Positions 49,271 through 58,449 of a stretch of 64,000 nucleotides of DNA are shown piece by piece. The notes under the pieces were generated by a model. It searched no databases. It was not told where the DNA came from and saw only the letters and a program-made list of their open reading frames with translations. Position 1 is the first letter of the stretch. The number at the start of each line of letters is the position of its first letter. Both the position numbers and the translations under genes were made by a program. Source of the DNA: Planctomycetota bacterium (GTDB taxonomy: Bacteria > Planctomycetota > UBA1135 > UBA2386); contig OZ245838.1 in assembly GCA_965228735.1 (NCBI GenBank), positions 1,376,001-1,440,000 on the forward strand, in the 5' to 3' direction.

Positions 49271-50238
49271 CGGTAATAGATCTCGAGCGTCAGGAGGTGG
49301 ACCGCGCTGGTGCCGACGCGCCCGAAGCGTTCGCCGAACGCGCCGGCCGGGTCCCACGTTCCCGGCCGCGGATCCGCGGGCTGCTGCTGTGACTTCACGA
49401 CGGTAAGCAGGCGCTTCGAGCCGTCCTTCCAGGTCGCGCCGCCGATCTGGAACGCCGTCACGGTGCAGTAGAACGTCGTCCACGGATCGGCCATGAGGTC
49501 GTCCGGCCACGGCACTGCCGGGAACGTCGGGCGGTCATCCACCGCACTCGCAGCCGAGATGCGCACCGTTCGGCGCAGCACCTCGACCGCGCGTTCGCGG
49601 TCGCTGCGCGGCCTCGTCGCGTGCCATCGCCCGGTCAACGCCGTGAGTGCCGCCGTTGGGCGGGCGAGCCGCTGGTACGAGTCATCCGCGCGCGCCGCGT
49701 GACCCGTCCTCTCCGCGTCATCGACGGGACGCGGCCCCGCCCGCAACGACCGCAGCACGACCTCGGCCCAGAACCGTTGCTCGGCTCCGATCGGCGGCCG
49801 ACGGACCGTGAGCTCCCGCACGAGCGCGTCGACGGCGCGCCGGGCCCGATCCGCCCGCACGATGCCGGGCGCCGCCCGCAGGTCCTCGGCCAGGACGAGC
49901 GTGGCGAACGTGTGATCGAGCAGCCAGTCCGGCTCAGCGCGGAAGCCGATGCGACCCTGCTCGTCCTGGCGCCCCCGCAGCCACCGCAGCCCGGCAACGA
50001 TCGCTTCCCGATTCCGACCGTACGCCGACGACTGCCCATCGCCGAGGAAGCACAGCAGCATCCAGGCCGTCACGCGCAGGTCCGCGGCGGTTGGCTCGCC
50101 GTCCTCGCGGGCACTCCAGCGCCCGTCCCGGAGCTGCAGGGACGCGAGCTGCAGGGACGCGAGCTGGGCCCGCGACGTTGCCAGCAGCCCGAGCACCGCG
50201 ACGACGAGGAGCACGGGCCGCTGTCGGAGACCAGACAC
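49243..50238 (-). CDS. Prenyltransferase/squalene-cyclase repeat-like exported protein (paralog 2)
   Basis: QLRDGRW, GLRWLRGRQDEQG, GTWDP..FGRVGTSAVHLLTLEIYYRY; start uncertain (GTG 50238). Confidence 0.65.
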   Translation of the reverse strand: MSGLRQRPVLLVVAVLGLLATSRAQLASLQLASLQLRDGRWSAREDGEPTAADLRVTAWMLLCFLGDGQSSAYGRNREAIVAGLRWLRGRQDEQGRIGFRAEPDWLLDHTFATLVLAEDLRAAPGIVRADRARRAVDALVRELTVRRPPIGAEQRFWAEVVLRSLRAGPRPVDDAERTGHAARADDSYQRLARPTAALTALTGRWHATRPRSDRERAVEVLRRTVRISAASAVDDRPTFPAVPWPDDLMADPWTTFYCTVTAFQIGGATWKDGSKRLLTVVKSQQQPADPRPGTWDPAGAFGERFGRVGTSAVHLLTLEIYYRYCALPVFE

Positions 50239-50296
50239 GTGGGTTCCAACGGTCCGACTCGCGCCGCGGTTCAGCTCCGGTTCACCCCGCGCGCGA

Positions 50297-51322
50297 TCAC
50301 TGAATGAACGCGAGCGTACAGTAGCGGTAGTAGCACTCGAGGGTGAGCATGTGCACGGCGCTCGTGCCGAGGCGCCCCCAGCGGTCGCCGAACTCACCCT
50401 GCGGCTGCCACAGCCCGCGGTGCTCGCCGTTCGGCTCCTCGTTCTGCGCGTCGACCACCTGCCGCAGCTCGCGATAGGCACCCGCGTAGGCCTCCCGACT
50501 CGACCGCAGCGCGGCCATCGCGAGGTAGAACGTCGTCATCGGGTCCGCGAGCGGGTCGTCGGGCCAGCCCGGCGGCCGCGTGCCCTCGTCGCTCTTCGGC
50601 CACGGACCGCGCAACGCATCGGGACGGTCGGGGCCGGCGAACGTGACCAGGACCTGGGCCGCGGCCCGGTCGCGCGGCGTACGGGGTTCTGCTTTCGGCA
50701 ACCCGGACAGCGCCGATTCCAACACCGCAGCGGCGTCATCGAGCGCGGTGCGGAACGCGCTGCCCGCCTGGCCGCGATCGTCGTGCGGATGCTTCCGCCG
50801 CAGCGCCCGGACAATGCCGGCGGACCAGAGGCGCAGCTCCGCCGTCGGCACCGGGCGCGCCCGCTCGATCCCGGAGACCAACGCGGCAACCGCATTCAAC
50901 GCCCATCGCACGCGCAGAGTCACCTTGCCCGGCGGCCGCGCCCGCACGTCCTCGACGAACGCGAGCGTCGCGAGCGCGTGGTCGAGCAGCCAATCCGGAT
51001 CGGCGCGCAGCCCGATCCGACCGGCCTCGTCCTGCTGCCGCGCGAGCCAGCGCATCCCGCGCCGGATCGCCGCGCGGTCCCGGCCCGACCCCGAACACTG
51101 CCCGTCGCCGAGGTGCGCGAGCAGCACGAGCGTCGTGACGCGGAGATCGGCACGGTCGGGCGCACCGTCGGCCCGCGCGGCCCAACGACCGTCCTCGGAC
51201 TGCCGCTCCGCGAGTTGCGCCGGCAGCGTCGCCAGGACGCTCGCGAGCGTCGTGGCAACGACGGTGAGACGACTTCGCAGGAACACGACAGCTCGAACGG
51301 CGCGCCGAGCGGATCGGTTCAC
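50297..51322 (-). CDS. Prenyltransferase/squalene-cyclase repeat-like exported protein (paralog 1)
   Basis: QSEDGRW, GMRWLARQQDEAG, GLWQP..WGRLGTSAVHMLTLECYYRY. Confidence 0.68.
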   Translation of the reverse strand: MNRSARRAVRAVVFLRSRLTVVATTLASVLATLPAQLAERQSEDGRWAARADGAPDRADLRVTTLVLLAHLGDGQCSGSGRDRAAIRRGMRWLARQQDEAGRIGLRADPDWLLDHALATLAFVEDVRARPPGKVTLRVRWALNAVAALVSGIERARPVPTAELRLWSAGIVRALRRKHPHDDRGQAGSAFRTALDDAAAVLESALSGLPKAEPRTPRDRAAAQVLVTFAGPDRPDALRGPWPKSDEGTRPPGWPDDPLADPMTTFYLAMAALRSSREAYAGAYRELRQVVDAQNEEPNGEHRGLWQPQGEFGDRWGRLGTSAVHMLTLECYYRYCTLAFIQ

Positions 51323-51338
51323 GCCCGAACGGCGAAGA

Positions 51339-53756
51339 TCAGCCGCGCAGCTCGGCCCCGATGCTCGCGGCCTGCTCGCGCACCTTCTTCAGGAACTTGC
51401 TCTCGTCCTTGTCCGCGAGCGTGCGGTCGTCCGCGCCGAGCGTGACCGTGAAGTTGAGGCTCTTCTTGCCGGCGGGCACGTGCTCGCCGCGGTAGGCCTC
51501 GAAGAGCTCGACGTGGCGCACGAGCTTGCGTCCCACCTGCCGCAGGAAGTCAGAGGCGGCCTTGACCTGCACGCCCTCGTCGACGAGCAGCGCGACGTCG
51601 ACGGGCAGCGGCGGGAACGTCGGCACGGGCGCGTACTGCGCGATCTGCCGACCCGCGACGATCAGCGCCCGCACGTCGAGGCACGCGATCGCCACCGTCT
51701 TCGGCAGATCGAGCGCCCGCGCGACGCCGGGGTGCAGATGCGCGACGTAGCCGACGGGCGAGCCGTCGCGATCGATCGCGACCGCGCGCTGCGGGTGCAC
51801 CCACGGCTGGTCCTTGCCGTGCCAGACGCGTTCGAGCACGGCCGGGTAGCCACCACGACCGAGCATCGCCTGCACCGCCTCGCGCAGTTCACCGAACGGA
51901 TGCTCGCCGTCGCGCCGGGCGAATACGATCGCGATCTCGCGGACCTCGTGCGCGAGCACGTGGTCCTCGCCCTTCATCTCCGCGTGGTAGCCCTTGCCGT
52001 GCTCGACGAGCCGCACCTCGCCCTGTTCGCGCAGGTTCGGCGCGAGGTTACCGAGCAGACTCGGCAGCACGTGCCGGCGGATGCGGGTCATCTCGGGCGC
52101 GACCGGGTTGGTCGCTCGCAGGTAGGCGTGACCGCCGGCGCCGCACGCCTGCACGGCCGCGTCACCGATGAACGTGTAGTTGTAGGCCTCGCTGCAGCCG
52201 AGGTCGAAGCACGCACTCTCGACGAGCCGGCGCGACAACCCGAGCTCATCGTTCCGCGGCGGCGGCTCGATCGTGCCCGTGAGCGGCTTCTCCGGAATGT
52301 TGTCGTAGCGGAACATCCGACCGACCTCCTCGATGAGGTCGTCCTCGGCGTTGATGTCCTTCGTCGCGCGGAAACTCGGCACGCGCACGGTGAAGCCCGT
52401 CTCCGTGACGTCGACGCCGAACTGCAGCGACTCGAAGATCGCCTGGACCTGTGCGTCGTCGAGCTCGTGACCGAGCTTCTGGTGCAGCCGCGCCCGCCGC
52501 AGCTCGACCACCGGTGGCTCGAAGTCGAAGCCAGCCGGGTCGACGAGCGGGCCCGCCGCGCGCGCGTCGGGACAGTGCTCCTGCAGCAGGCGAACGAAGT
52601 GGTGCACCGCGAGCTCGGCATTGGCCGGGTCCTGCGCCTTCTCGAAGCGCGCGCTCGCGTCGGTCCGCAGCCCGAGCCGCATGCTCGTGCGCCGGATCGT
52701 CGTCGCGTGGAAGTTGGCCGACTCGAGGAAGAGCGTGGACGTGCCCTCCTCGACCATCGTGCCGGCTCCACCCATGACGCCGGCGAGCGCCTCCGGCGTG
52801 TCGCCGGAGCAGATCAGCAGGTCCGTGGTCTCGAGCGCGCGTTCCTGGCCGTCGAGCGTCGTCATCGCCTCACCGTCGCGAGCGAACCGGACCCGCACGG
52901 GCCCGTCCCCGACGTGCCGGCGATCGAACGCGTGCATCGGCTGCCCGAGATCGAGCATCACGAAGTTGGTCAGGTCGACCGGCAGGTTGATCGCGCGCTG
53001 CCCGACCGCGGCGAGCAGCCAGCGCAGCTCGTTCGGCGACGGGCCGCTGTCGACGCCATCGATGACGAGACCGCAGTAGCGCGGACACGCCGCCTTCGCC
53101 GCCTCGTCGATCTCGATCGGCAGCGCGTCGCCCTCGGTCGGGAAGTCGAGACGCTCGGTCACGGGCTTGCACTCGAGCCCGTAGATCGCCGCGAGTTCGC
53201 GCGCGAAGCCGTAGTGCCCCCAGAGGTCGGGTCGGTGGTTCACCGACTTGTTGTCGATCTCGAAGACCCAGTCCTGCACGGGACAGACGTCGACGAACTT
53301 CGCGCCGATCGGGGTCTTCTCGGGCAACACGAAGATGCCGTCGGCCTCCTCGGACAGGCCGAGCTCGGCCTCCGAGCAGATCATGCCGTGCGACTCGACG
53401 CCGCGGATCTTGCCGACCTTGATCTTGAGCGCGCCCTTGTTGCCAACGGGCGGCAGCGTGTCACCCGGGCGGATCACGACGACGCGCTGACCGGCCGCGA
53501 CGTTGGGCGCGCCGCAGACGATCTGCACGACGCCGCCGGCGTCCTGCAGGTCGACCGTGCAGACCGACAGCTTGTCGGCGTCGGGGTGCTTCTCGCGCTT
53601 GCGCACGTGCCCGACGACGAGGCACTCGAGCCCGTCGCCGAAGCGCTCGAGCCCTTCGATCTCGGCCGTGCTCATCGTCAGATCGGCGAGGATCTGCTTG
53701 GGGTCGAGGTGCGAGACGTCGACGTGCCGCGACAGCCAACGGAGCGAGAGCTTCAT
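51339..53756 (-). CDS. pheT: Phenylalanine--tRNA ligase beta subunit
   Basis: MKLSLRWL, KHPDADKL, IVCGAPNV, IRGVESHGMICS, RPDLWGHYG, EDDLIEEVGR, FDX-ACB C-terminus. Confidence 0.97.
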   Translation of the reverse strand: MKLSLRWLSRHVDVSHLDPKQILADLTMSTAEIEGLERFGDGLECLVVGHVRKREKHPDADKLSVCTVDLQDAGGVVQIVCGAPNVAAGQRVVVIRPGDTLPPVGNKGALKIKVGKIRGVESHGMICSEAELGLSEEADGIFVLPEKTPIGAKFVDVCPVQDWVFEIDNKSVNHRPDLWGHYGFARELAAIYGLECKPVTERLDFPTEGDALPIEIDEAAKAACPRYCGLVIDGVDSGPSPNELRWLLAAVGQRAINLPVDLTNFVMLDLGQPMHAFDRRHVGDGPVRVRFARDGEAMTTLDGQERALETTDLLICSGDTPEALAGVMGGAGTMVEEGTSTLFLESANFHATTIRRTSMRLGLRTDASARFEKAQDPANAELAVHHFVRLLQEHCPDARAAGPLVDPAGFDFEPPVVELRRARLHQKLGHELDDAQVQAIFESLQFGVDVTETGFTVRVPSFRATKDINAEDDLIEEVGRMFRYDNIPEKPLTGTIEPPPRNDELGLSRRLVESACFDLGCSEAYNYTFIGDAAVQACGAGGHAYLRATNPVAPEMTRIRRHVLPSLLGNLAPNLREQGEVRLVEHGKGYHAEMKGEDHVLAHEVREIAIVFARRDGEHPFGELREAVQAMLGRGGYPAVLERVWHGKDQPWVHPQRAVAIDRDGSPVGYVAHLHPGVARALDLPKTVAIACLDVRALIVAGRQIAQYAPVPTFPPLPVDVALLVDEGVQVKAASDFLRQVGRKLVRHVELFEAYRGEHVPAGKKSLNFTVTLGADDRTLADKDESKFLKKVREQAASIGAELRG

Positions 53757-54796
53757 CGCGGCACCTCCTGGAACTGGCGCAGGAAGCGCTGATCGCCGCC
53801 CATGAACTGCCGGATGTCGTCGATGCCGTAGCGCAGCATCACGACGCGCTGCAGCCCCATGCCGAACGCGAACCCGGTGTACTCCTCGGGGTCGATGCCG
53901 CCTTCCCTCAGCACGTGCGGATGCACCATCCCGCACGGGAGGATCTCGATCCACCCGGACTGCTTGCAGACCGAGCAGCCCTTGCCGCCGCAGAACGGAC
54001 AGTTGACGTCGAGCTCGAAACCCGGCTCGACGAACGGGAAGTAGCCGGGCCGCAGCCGCACCTCGACGTCGCGCTCGAGCACGACGCGCAGGCACGTCTT
54101 CATCGTGTGGATCAGGTTGGCGACGCTCACGTCCTTGTCCACGACGAGCCCTTCCATCTGGTAGAAGGTGTGCTCGTGCGTCTTGTCGACGGTCTCGCAC
54201 CGGAAGCACCGGCCGGGAACGATGACGCGCAGCGGCGGCTCGAAGCCGTTCTTCGTGAGCTTCTGCATCGTGCGCACCTGCACGGGGGACGTGTGCGTGC
54301 GCAGCAGACTGCCGTCATCGAGCCAGAACGTGTCCTGACTCTCGCGCGCCGGGTGATCGCCCGGGATGTTGAGAGCGTCGAAGTTGTAGTACTCGCTCTC
54401 GACCTCGGGCCCGTCTTCCTGGCGGAAGCCCATGGACTGGAACAGGTCGACGAGCTCGCTCTGCACGATCGTGATCGGGTGCAAAGCACCGCGCGCGAAC
54501 GCGGGCCCGGGCTCGGTCGGGTCGAAGTCGGTCGCCGCGAGCTCCTGCTCGAGCGCCTGCTGCTCGAAGCGTTCGCGCGCCGCGTTCAGCTCCTGCTCGA
54601 GCGCCTGCTTGACCTGGTTGGCGGCCTTGCCGAACGCCGGCCGCTCCTCCTTCGGCAGCGAGGTCACGGACCGGACGAGCTGCATCACCTCGCCCTTCGG
54701 TCCGAAGAGGCGCTTGTCGACGGCGGCGAGCTCGTCGCCCGTCGCCGCCGCGGCGATCGCGGCCGACCAGTCTTCTTGCTGTTGGTTCAGGTCCAT
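53753..54796 (-). CDS. pheS: Phenylalanine--tRNA ligase alpha subunit
   Basis: NFDALNIPGDHPARESQDTF, LLRTHTSPVQ, FYQMEG, RPGYFPFVEP, CPFCGGKGCSVC, GFAFGMG. Confidence 0.97.
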   Translation of the reverse strand: MDLNQQQEDWSAAIAAAATGDELAAVDKRLFGPKGEVMQLVRSVTSLPKEERPAFGKAANQVKQALEQELNAARERFEQQALEQELAATDFDPTEPGPAFARGALHPITIVQSELVDLFQSMGFRQEDGPEVESEYYNFDALNIPGDHPARESQDTFWLDDGSLLRTHTSPVQVRTMQKLTKNGFEPPLRVIVPGRCFRCETVDKTHEHTFYQMEGLVVDKDVSVANLIHTMKTCLRVVLERDVEVRLRPGYFPFVEPGFELDVNCPFCGGKGCSVCKQSGWIEILPCGMVHPHVLREGGIDPEEYTGFAFGMGLQRVVMLRYGIDDIRQFMGGDQRFLRQFQEVPR

Positions 54797-54887
54797 GGGA
54801 CGAGCATTCGGAATCGAGCCGGCGAGCGATGGCCCCGAACCACTGAGCTGCAGAGCTGCGGAGGAGCCGGAACTAGAGAGGGGCCTA

Positions 54888-54924
54888 GAAACGACAAAGG
54901 GCACTGGCAATCGCCAGCGCCCTT
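54888..54924 (-). terminator. Intrinsic terminator after rplT
   Basis: AAGGGCGCTGGC-GATT-GCCAGTGCCCTT followed by TGTCGTTTCT on minus strand. Confidence 0.7.
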
Positions 54925-54952
54925 CGGTGTCGACCGGGGGAGGCGGTCGCGC

Positions 54953-55309
54953 TCAGGCGATGGCGGCCTTGGCCTGCCCGACGATCGTCTCGAAGGTCTT
55001 GGGATCGTGGATCGCGATCTCCGAGAGTTCCTTGCGATTGAGCGTGATGCCGGCCTTCTGCACGCCGTGAATGAACAGCGAGTAGCGCAGGCCGTGCAGC
55101 TTGGCGGCCGCAGTCAGGCGGGTGATCCACAGCGACCGGAACACGCGCTTCTTCGCGCGGCGGTCGCGGTAGGCGAACGCGTCACCGCGAATGCCCGTGA
55201 TCTTGGCCTGCTTGTAGAGATTGCCGCGGCTCTGACGGAAGCCCTTGGCGCGCTTGAGGACGCGGTTGCGACGCTGCCGGGTCGCGGGACTGTTGGTTGC
55301 GCGTGACAT
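54953..55309 (-). CDS. rplT: 50S ribosomal protein L20
   Basis: VLKRAKGF, AYRDRRAKKRVFRSLWITR, LNRKELSEIAI. Confidence 0.97.
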   Translation of the reverse strand: MSRATNSPATRQRRNRVLKRAKGFRQSRGNLYKQAKITGIRGDAFAYRDRRAKKRVFRSLWITRLTAAAKLHGLRYSLFIHGVQKAGITLNRKELSEIAIHDPKTFETIVGQAKAAIA

Positions 55310-55327
55310 GCTTGCTTACCGCTTTCG

Positions 55328-55525
55328 TTAGGCCCCACCCAGGAGCATCCGCAGGTTGACGCCGGTCTTGCCGGGCACGATCGCGGCGCGGCGCAGGTGG
55401 CGCTTCCGCTTGGTGCTCCGGCGCACCATGATGTGCGACGTAAAGGCGTGGTGGAACTTCACCTTGCCGGTCTTGGTCAGCTTCATGCGCTTGACCACGG
55501 CCTTCTTGGTCTTCTGCTTCGTCAT
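55328..55525 (-). CDS. rpmI: 50S ribosomal protein L35
   Basis: MTKQKTKKAVVKRMKLTKTGK..SHIM..KRKRHLR; directly upstream of rplT. Confidence 0.95.
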   Translation of the reverse strand: MTKQKTKKAVVKRMKLTKTGKVKFHHAFTSHIMVRRSTKRKRHLRRAAIVPGKTGVNLRMLLGGA

Positions 55526-55574
55526 CGCCGAATCGGTGGGTGCAGTCCGAGGACTTCGGACAGCAAGGCGAAGC

Positions 55575-55603
55575 AAGTTAGCGACGGGCCCGACCCCCAG
55601 CAA
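55575..55603 (-). promoter_or_regulatory. sigma70-like promoter of rpmI (TTGCTG-N17-TAACTT)
   Basis: Consensus spacing, ~50 nt upstream of the rpmI start. Confidence 0.6.
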
Positions 55604-55683
55604 GCGTCCGAGCGGAAAACTCTGGCTTCGGGCCCGGGACGCGGTGAAAACCCCTCGCAGCCCTGCCATTAGGGCCGCCGCGC

Positions 55684-56517
55684 ATGGATCTCACCGCTGC
55701 CCTCCTCCAGTTCCTGGCCTTCCTCCTGCTGGGGCTCGGCCTCGCCGAACCTGCGGTCCGCCGATACGGCCTCGCCGCTGGCGGTCTCGCGGCCCTGTTC
55801 GGGCTGGTCCACGGCGCCACCGGGCCCGCGGAGCGGACGCTGATGCCGGTCCACCACTACGCCGGCTACGAGGGCAGCGCGCTCGAGGTCAGCATGGTCG
55901 CGTTCCCGACGATGCCGCTCGACGAGCCGTTTGCCGCGCCGGGCTGGCAGTGGTCGCTGCCGTTCCTCGGGTTCGTTCTGGTCTGGGGCACGATCACGGT
56001 GCTGCTCGGCAAGAAGACCCTGAAGAGCCCGTTCCTGCTGCCGATGCTCTACGCCTGGAGTGCGGCCACGGCGTGGCTGGCCATGCAGGCGCTCGCGGCG
56101 CCGAGCGCCGTCGTGCAGCCGGTCGGCATCGACCGCTTCCTGTGGCCGGCCGGCCTCGCGCTGTCGCTGCTCGTCGCCCGCCAGGCGCGCGGCATCCTCG
56201 TCGTGATCATCATGGTCAGCGCGTCGATGCTCGCGATCCGGCTGCCGATCGCGATGTTCAGCAAGTATGCGTCCGACGAACGCCTCGGCACCTCGCTCGA
56301 CATCACGGCCGTCACCGAGTCGACCGACGCGGAGATCGTCAACCCGATGACGCAGATGACGTTCGATCCAGGCCTGGCCCCGGGCTCCGACGACCAGCAG
56401 TTCTGGCTGATCTGGCTCGAACACTTGATCATCTTCCCGGCGCTCTACACCCTGAGCCTGTTCGGCATCGCGCTCGGCGTGCACCTCTGGCACAAGCACC
56501 GAGACGATCCGGAGTAG
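55684..56517 (+). CDS. Hypothetical multi-pass membrane protein
   Basis: 6-7 hydrophobic segments, GC3-biased codons. Confidence 0.75.
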   Translation: MDLTAALLQFLAFLLLGLGLAEPAVRRYGLAAGGLAALFGLVHGATGPAERTLMPVHHYAGYEGSALEVSMVAFPTMPLDEPFAAPGWQWSLPFLGFVLVWGTITVLLGKKTLKSPFLLPMLYAWSAATAWLAMQALAAPSAVVQPVGIDRFLWPAGLALSLLVARQARGILVVIIMVSASMLAIRLPIAMFSKYASDERLGTSLDITAVTESTDAEIVNPMTQMTFDPGLAPGSDDQQFWLIWLEHLIIFPALYTLSLFGIALGVHLWHKHRDDPE

Positions 56518-56632
56518 AGCGGAGGCGCACCGGAGTCTGCCGAACGGTACCGCTCCGTACGGTACCGGGTTCACGTTGCCGGCCGTGAGGGCGTTGCCTC
56601 ACGGCTGGCGTCCGGCCGGCCGGCAGCTTCCC

Positions 56633-58324
56633 CTACTGCTTCTTGTCGGCCTTGCGCTCGAGCTCGTCGGCGAGCTTCGGGGCGTCGTAGATCTTGCGCA
56701 GGGACTCGATGATGATCGCCGGGTGGACGGAGACCGAGCGGGTGATCTCGTCGTCGTAGACGTAGCGGTTGCCGAGCATCTCGATGTTGCCGTCGAAGAT
56801 CAGGCCGACGACCTCGAGGTCCTTGTTGACGACCGGTGAACCCGAGTTGCCGCCGATGATGTCGTTCGTCGCGACGAAGTTGAACGGCGTCGTCAGGTCG
56901 AGCTGCTCCTCGCGCTCGAGCCACGCCTTCGGCAGGTCGAACGGGTGCTCACCGCCGAACTCGTGGTGGCGCGCGAACAGGCCGTAGAGCGTCGTGTAGT
57001 GCGGCGCGATCGTGCCGTTGTACTCGTAGCCCTTGACGACGCCGTCGCTGAGGCGCAGCGACATCGTCGCGTCCGGCGGGATCTCCGTGCCGTAGACGGC
57101 GAAGCAGGCCTCACCGACCTGCTTGTTGAGCTCCGTCTCCTGCGCCTGCAGCTCGGCCATGGCGTCGCGATCACCGCTCGCCTCGACCTTCTTGGCCTGG
57201 ATCGCCGCGATCTCGTCCCAGACCTTGCCGTACTTTTCGCTGAGCTTCGGGTCCTTGGCAACGGCCGCGCGCAGCTCGTTCTCGGCCTTCTCCTTGACCG
57301 CCATGATGCGCGGGTTGCGCAGGCCGTCGAGGTAGCCCTGGAACGCCTTGCGGGCGTTCTCGATCTGCAGGATCTGCGACGTGAGCTGCTTCTTCGCCTC
57401 GGCGCTCTGCTTGGCGCGCGCATTGAGGTTGTCGAGCATCGCATGGATGCGCTGCAGCATGCCCGGGTAGTAGTGATCGCGCCGGTACTCGCACTGCGCG
57501 AGCGTCTGCAGCCGGCCCGTGCTGCCCGGGTTGCCCGTGACGAACACGACCTCACCCTTGGCGGCACCCTTCGTCTGCCAGTCGAAGCACATCTCGCTGC
57601 TGTCGATCGGCTTGCCGTCCTTGCCGTAGGCGCGCAGGAACGAGAAGTCGAGACCCCAGCGCGGGTAGCAGAAGTTGTCCGGATCGCCGCCGAAGTGCGC
57701 GCTCTGGCCGTGCGGGGCGCAGACGAGCCGCAGGTCGTCGTAGATCTTGTGGCTGTAGAGCATGTAGAGCCCGCCCTGGTAGAGCGAGACGACCTCGTGG
57801 TAGAGGTCGGGCTCGGCCTTCCTGGCGGCGTCCTTCACCGCCTGCTCGCCCTGGTCGCGCACCTCGGCGGTCACGTCCTTCTGCGCGACGAGCTGCGACA
57901 CGACCGCGCCCGGGATCTTGACCTCGTTCTCGTAGGCGCCGGCGTAGAAGCCGTCGGTCTGCCAGTCGTTCTCACCCTGCGTCGACGCGATGAAGTCGCG
58001 CGCGCAGTGGTGGTTCGTCATCACGAGGCCGTAGGGGCTCACGAACGACGCCGAGCAGAAGTAGCTGTAGCCGTTCGCGCCGCCCTCGCGGCCGAGGCGC
58101 AGCGACGCCATGCGGGCGTGGTCGAGCCACTTCTCCGACGGCTGCCAATCGTAGGCCTGCTGGAACCAGCCGAGCGGCGCGTGCTCGAAGGTCCACATGC
58201 GGCCGAGTTCCTTGCGCGCCTGCGCACTGGTCTCGGTCGCGAAGCCGAGGCTCGTGGCCGCGAGGAGAAGAACGGAGATGAGGGGCCGCCGCCGGCGGCC
58301 GACAGTGTCGTGCAGGTGTGTCAT
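56633..58324 (-). CDS. S46 family dipeptidyl peptidase (DPP7-like)
   Basis: MWTF, CSASFVS..GLVMTNHHC, FGGDPDNF, DFSFLR, PPDATMSLRLS, DIIGGNSGSP, GLIFDGN. Confidence 0.92.
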   Translation of the reverse strand: MTHLHDTVGRRRRPLISVLLLAATSLGFATETSAQARKELGRMWTFEHAPLGWFQQAYDWQPSEKWLDHARMASLRLGREGGANGYSYFCSASFVSPYGLVMTNHHCARDFIASTQGENDWQTDGFYAGAYENEVKIPGAVVSQLVAQKDVTAEVRDQGEQAVKDAARKAEPDLYHEVVSLYQGGLYMLYSHKIYDDLRLVCAPHGQSAHFGGDPDNFCYPRWGLDFSFLRAYGKDGKPIDSSEMCFDWQTKGAAKGEVVFVTGNPGSTGRLQTLAQCEYRRDHYYPGMLQRIHAMLDNLNARAKQSAEAKKQLTSQILQIENARKAFQGYLDGLRNPRIMAVKEKAENELRAAVAKDPKLSEKYGKVWDEIAAIQAKKVEASGDRDAMAELQAQETELNKQVGEACFAVYGTEIPPDATMSLRLSDGVVKGYEYNGTIAPHYTTLYGLFARHHEFGGEHPFDLPKAWLEREEQLDLTTPFNFVATNDIIGGNSGSPVVNKDLEVVGLIFDGNIEMLGNRYVYDDEITRSVSVHPAIIIESLRKIYDAPKLADELERKADKKQ

Positions 58325-58449
58325 GCGGAATTCGTGTCTATGGCCCGCAGTCTACGCACGGGCTACGGCAGCGGCGAACCGCAGTTGCCGCCTTTTTCCA
58401 GCCAAGCCGCGGTCACTACCGCGGCAGACAAGGTGCGGTCACTACCGCG

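Noticed and set aside
54797..54952. T-box or pheM-type attenuator upstream of pheS
   Set aside because: Region is short; no T-box AGGGTGGNACCGCG motif or Phe-rich leader peptide; only the rplT terminator is evident
56545..56567. Palindrome CGGTACCG-N7-CGGTACCG between convergent genes; also TGCCCGATCGGGCA at ~367-380
   Set aside because: Single-copy GC-rich hairpins without U-tracts; possibly terminators or stabilisers but not supportable as REP elements or ncRNAs
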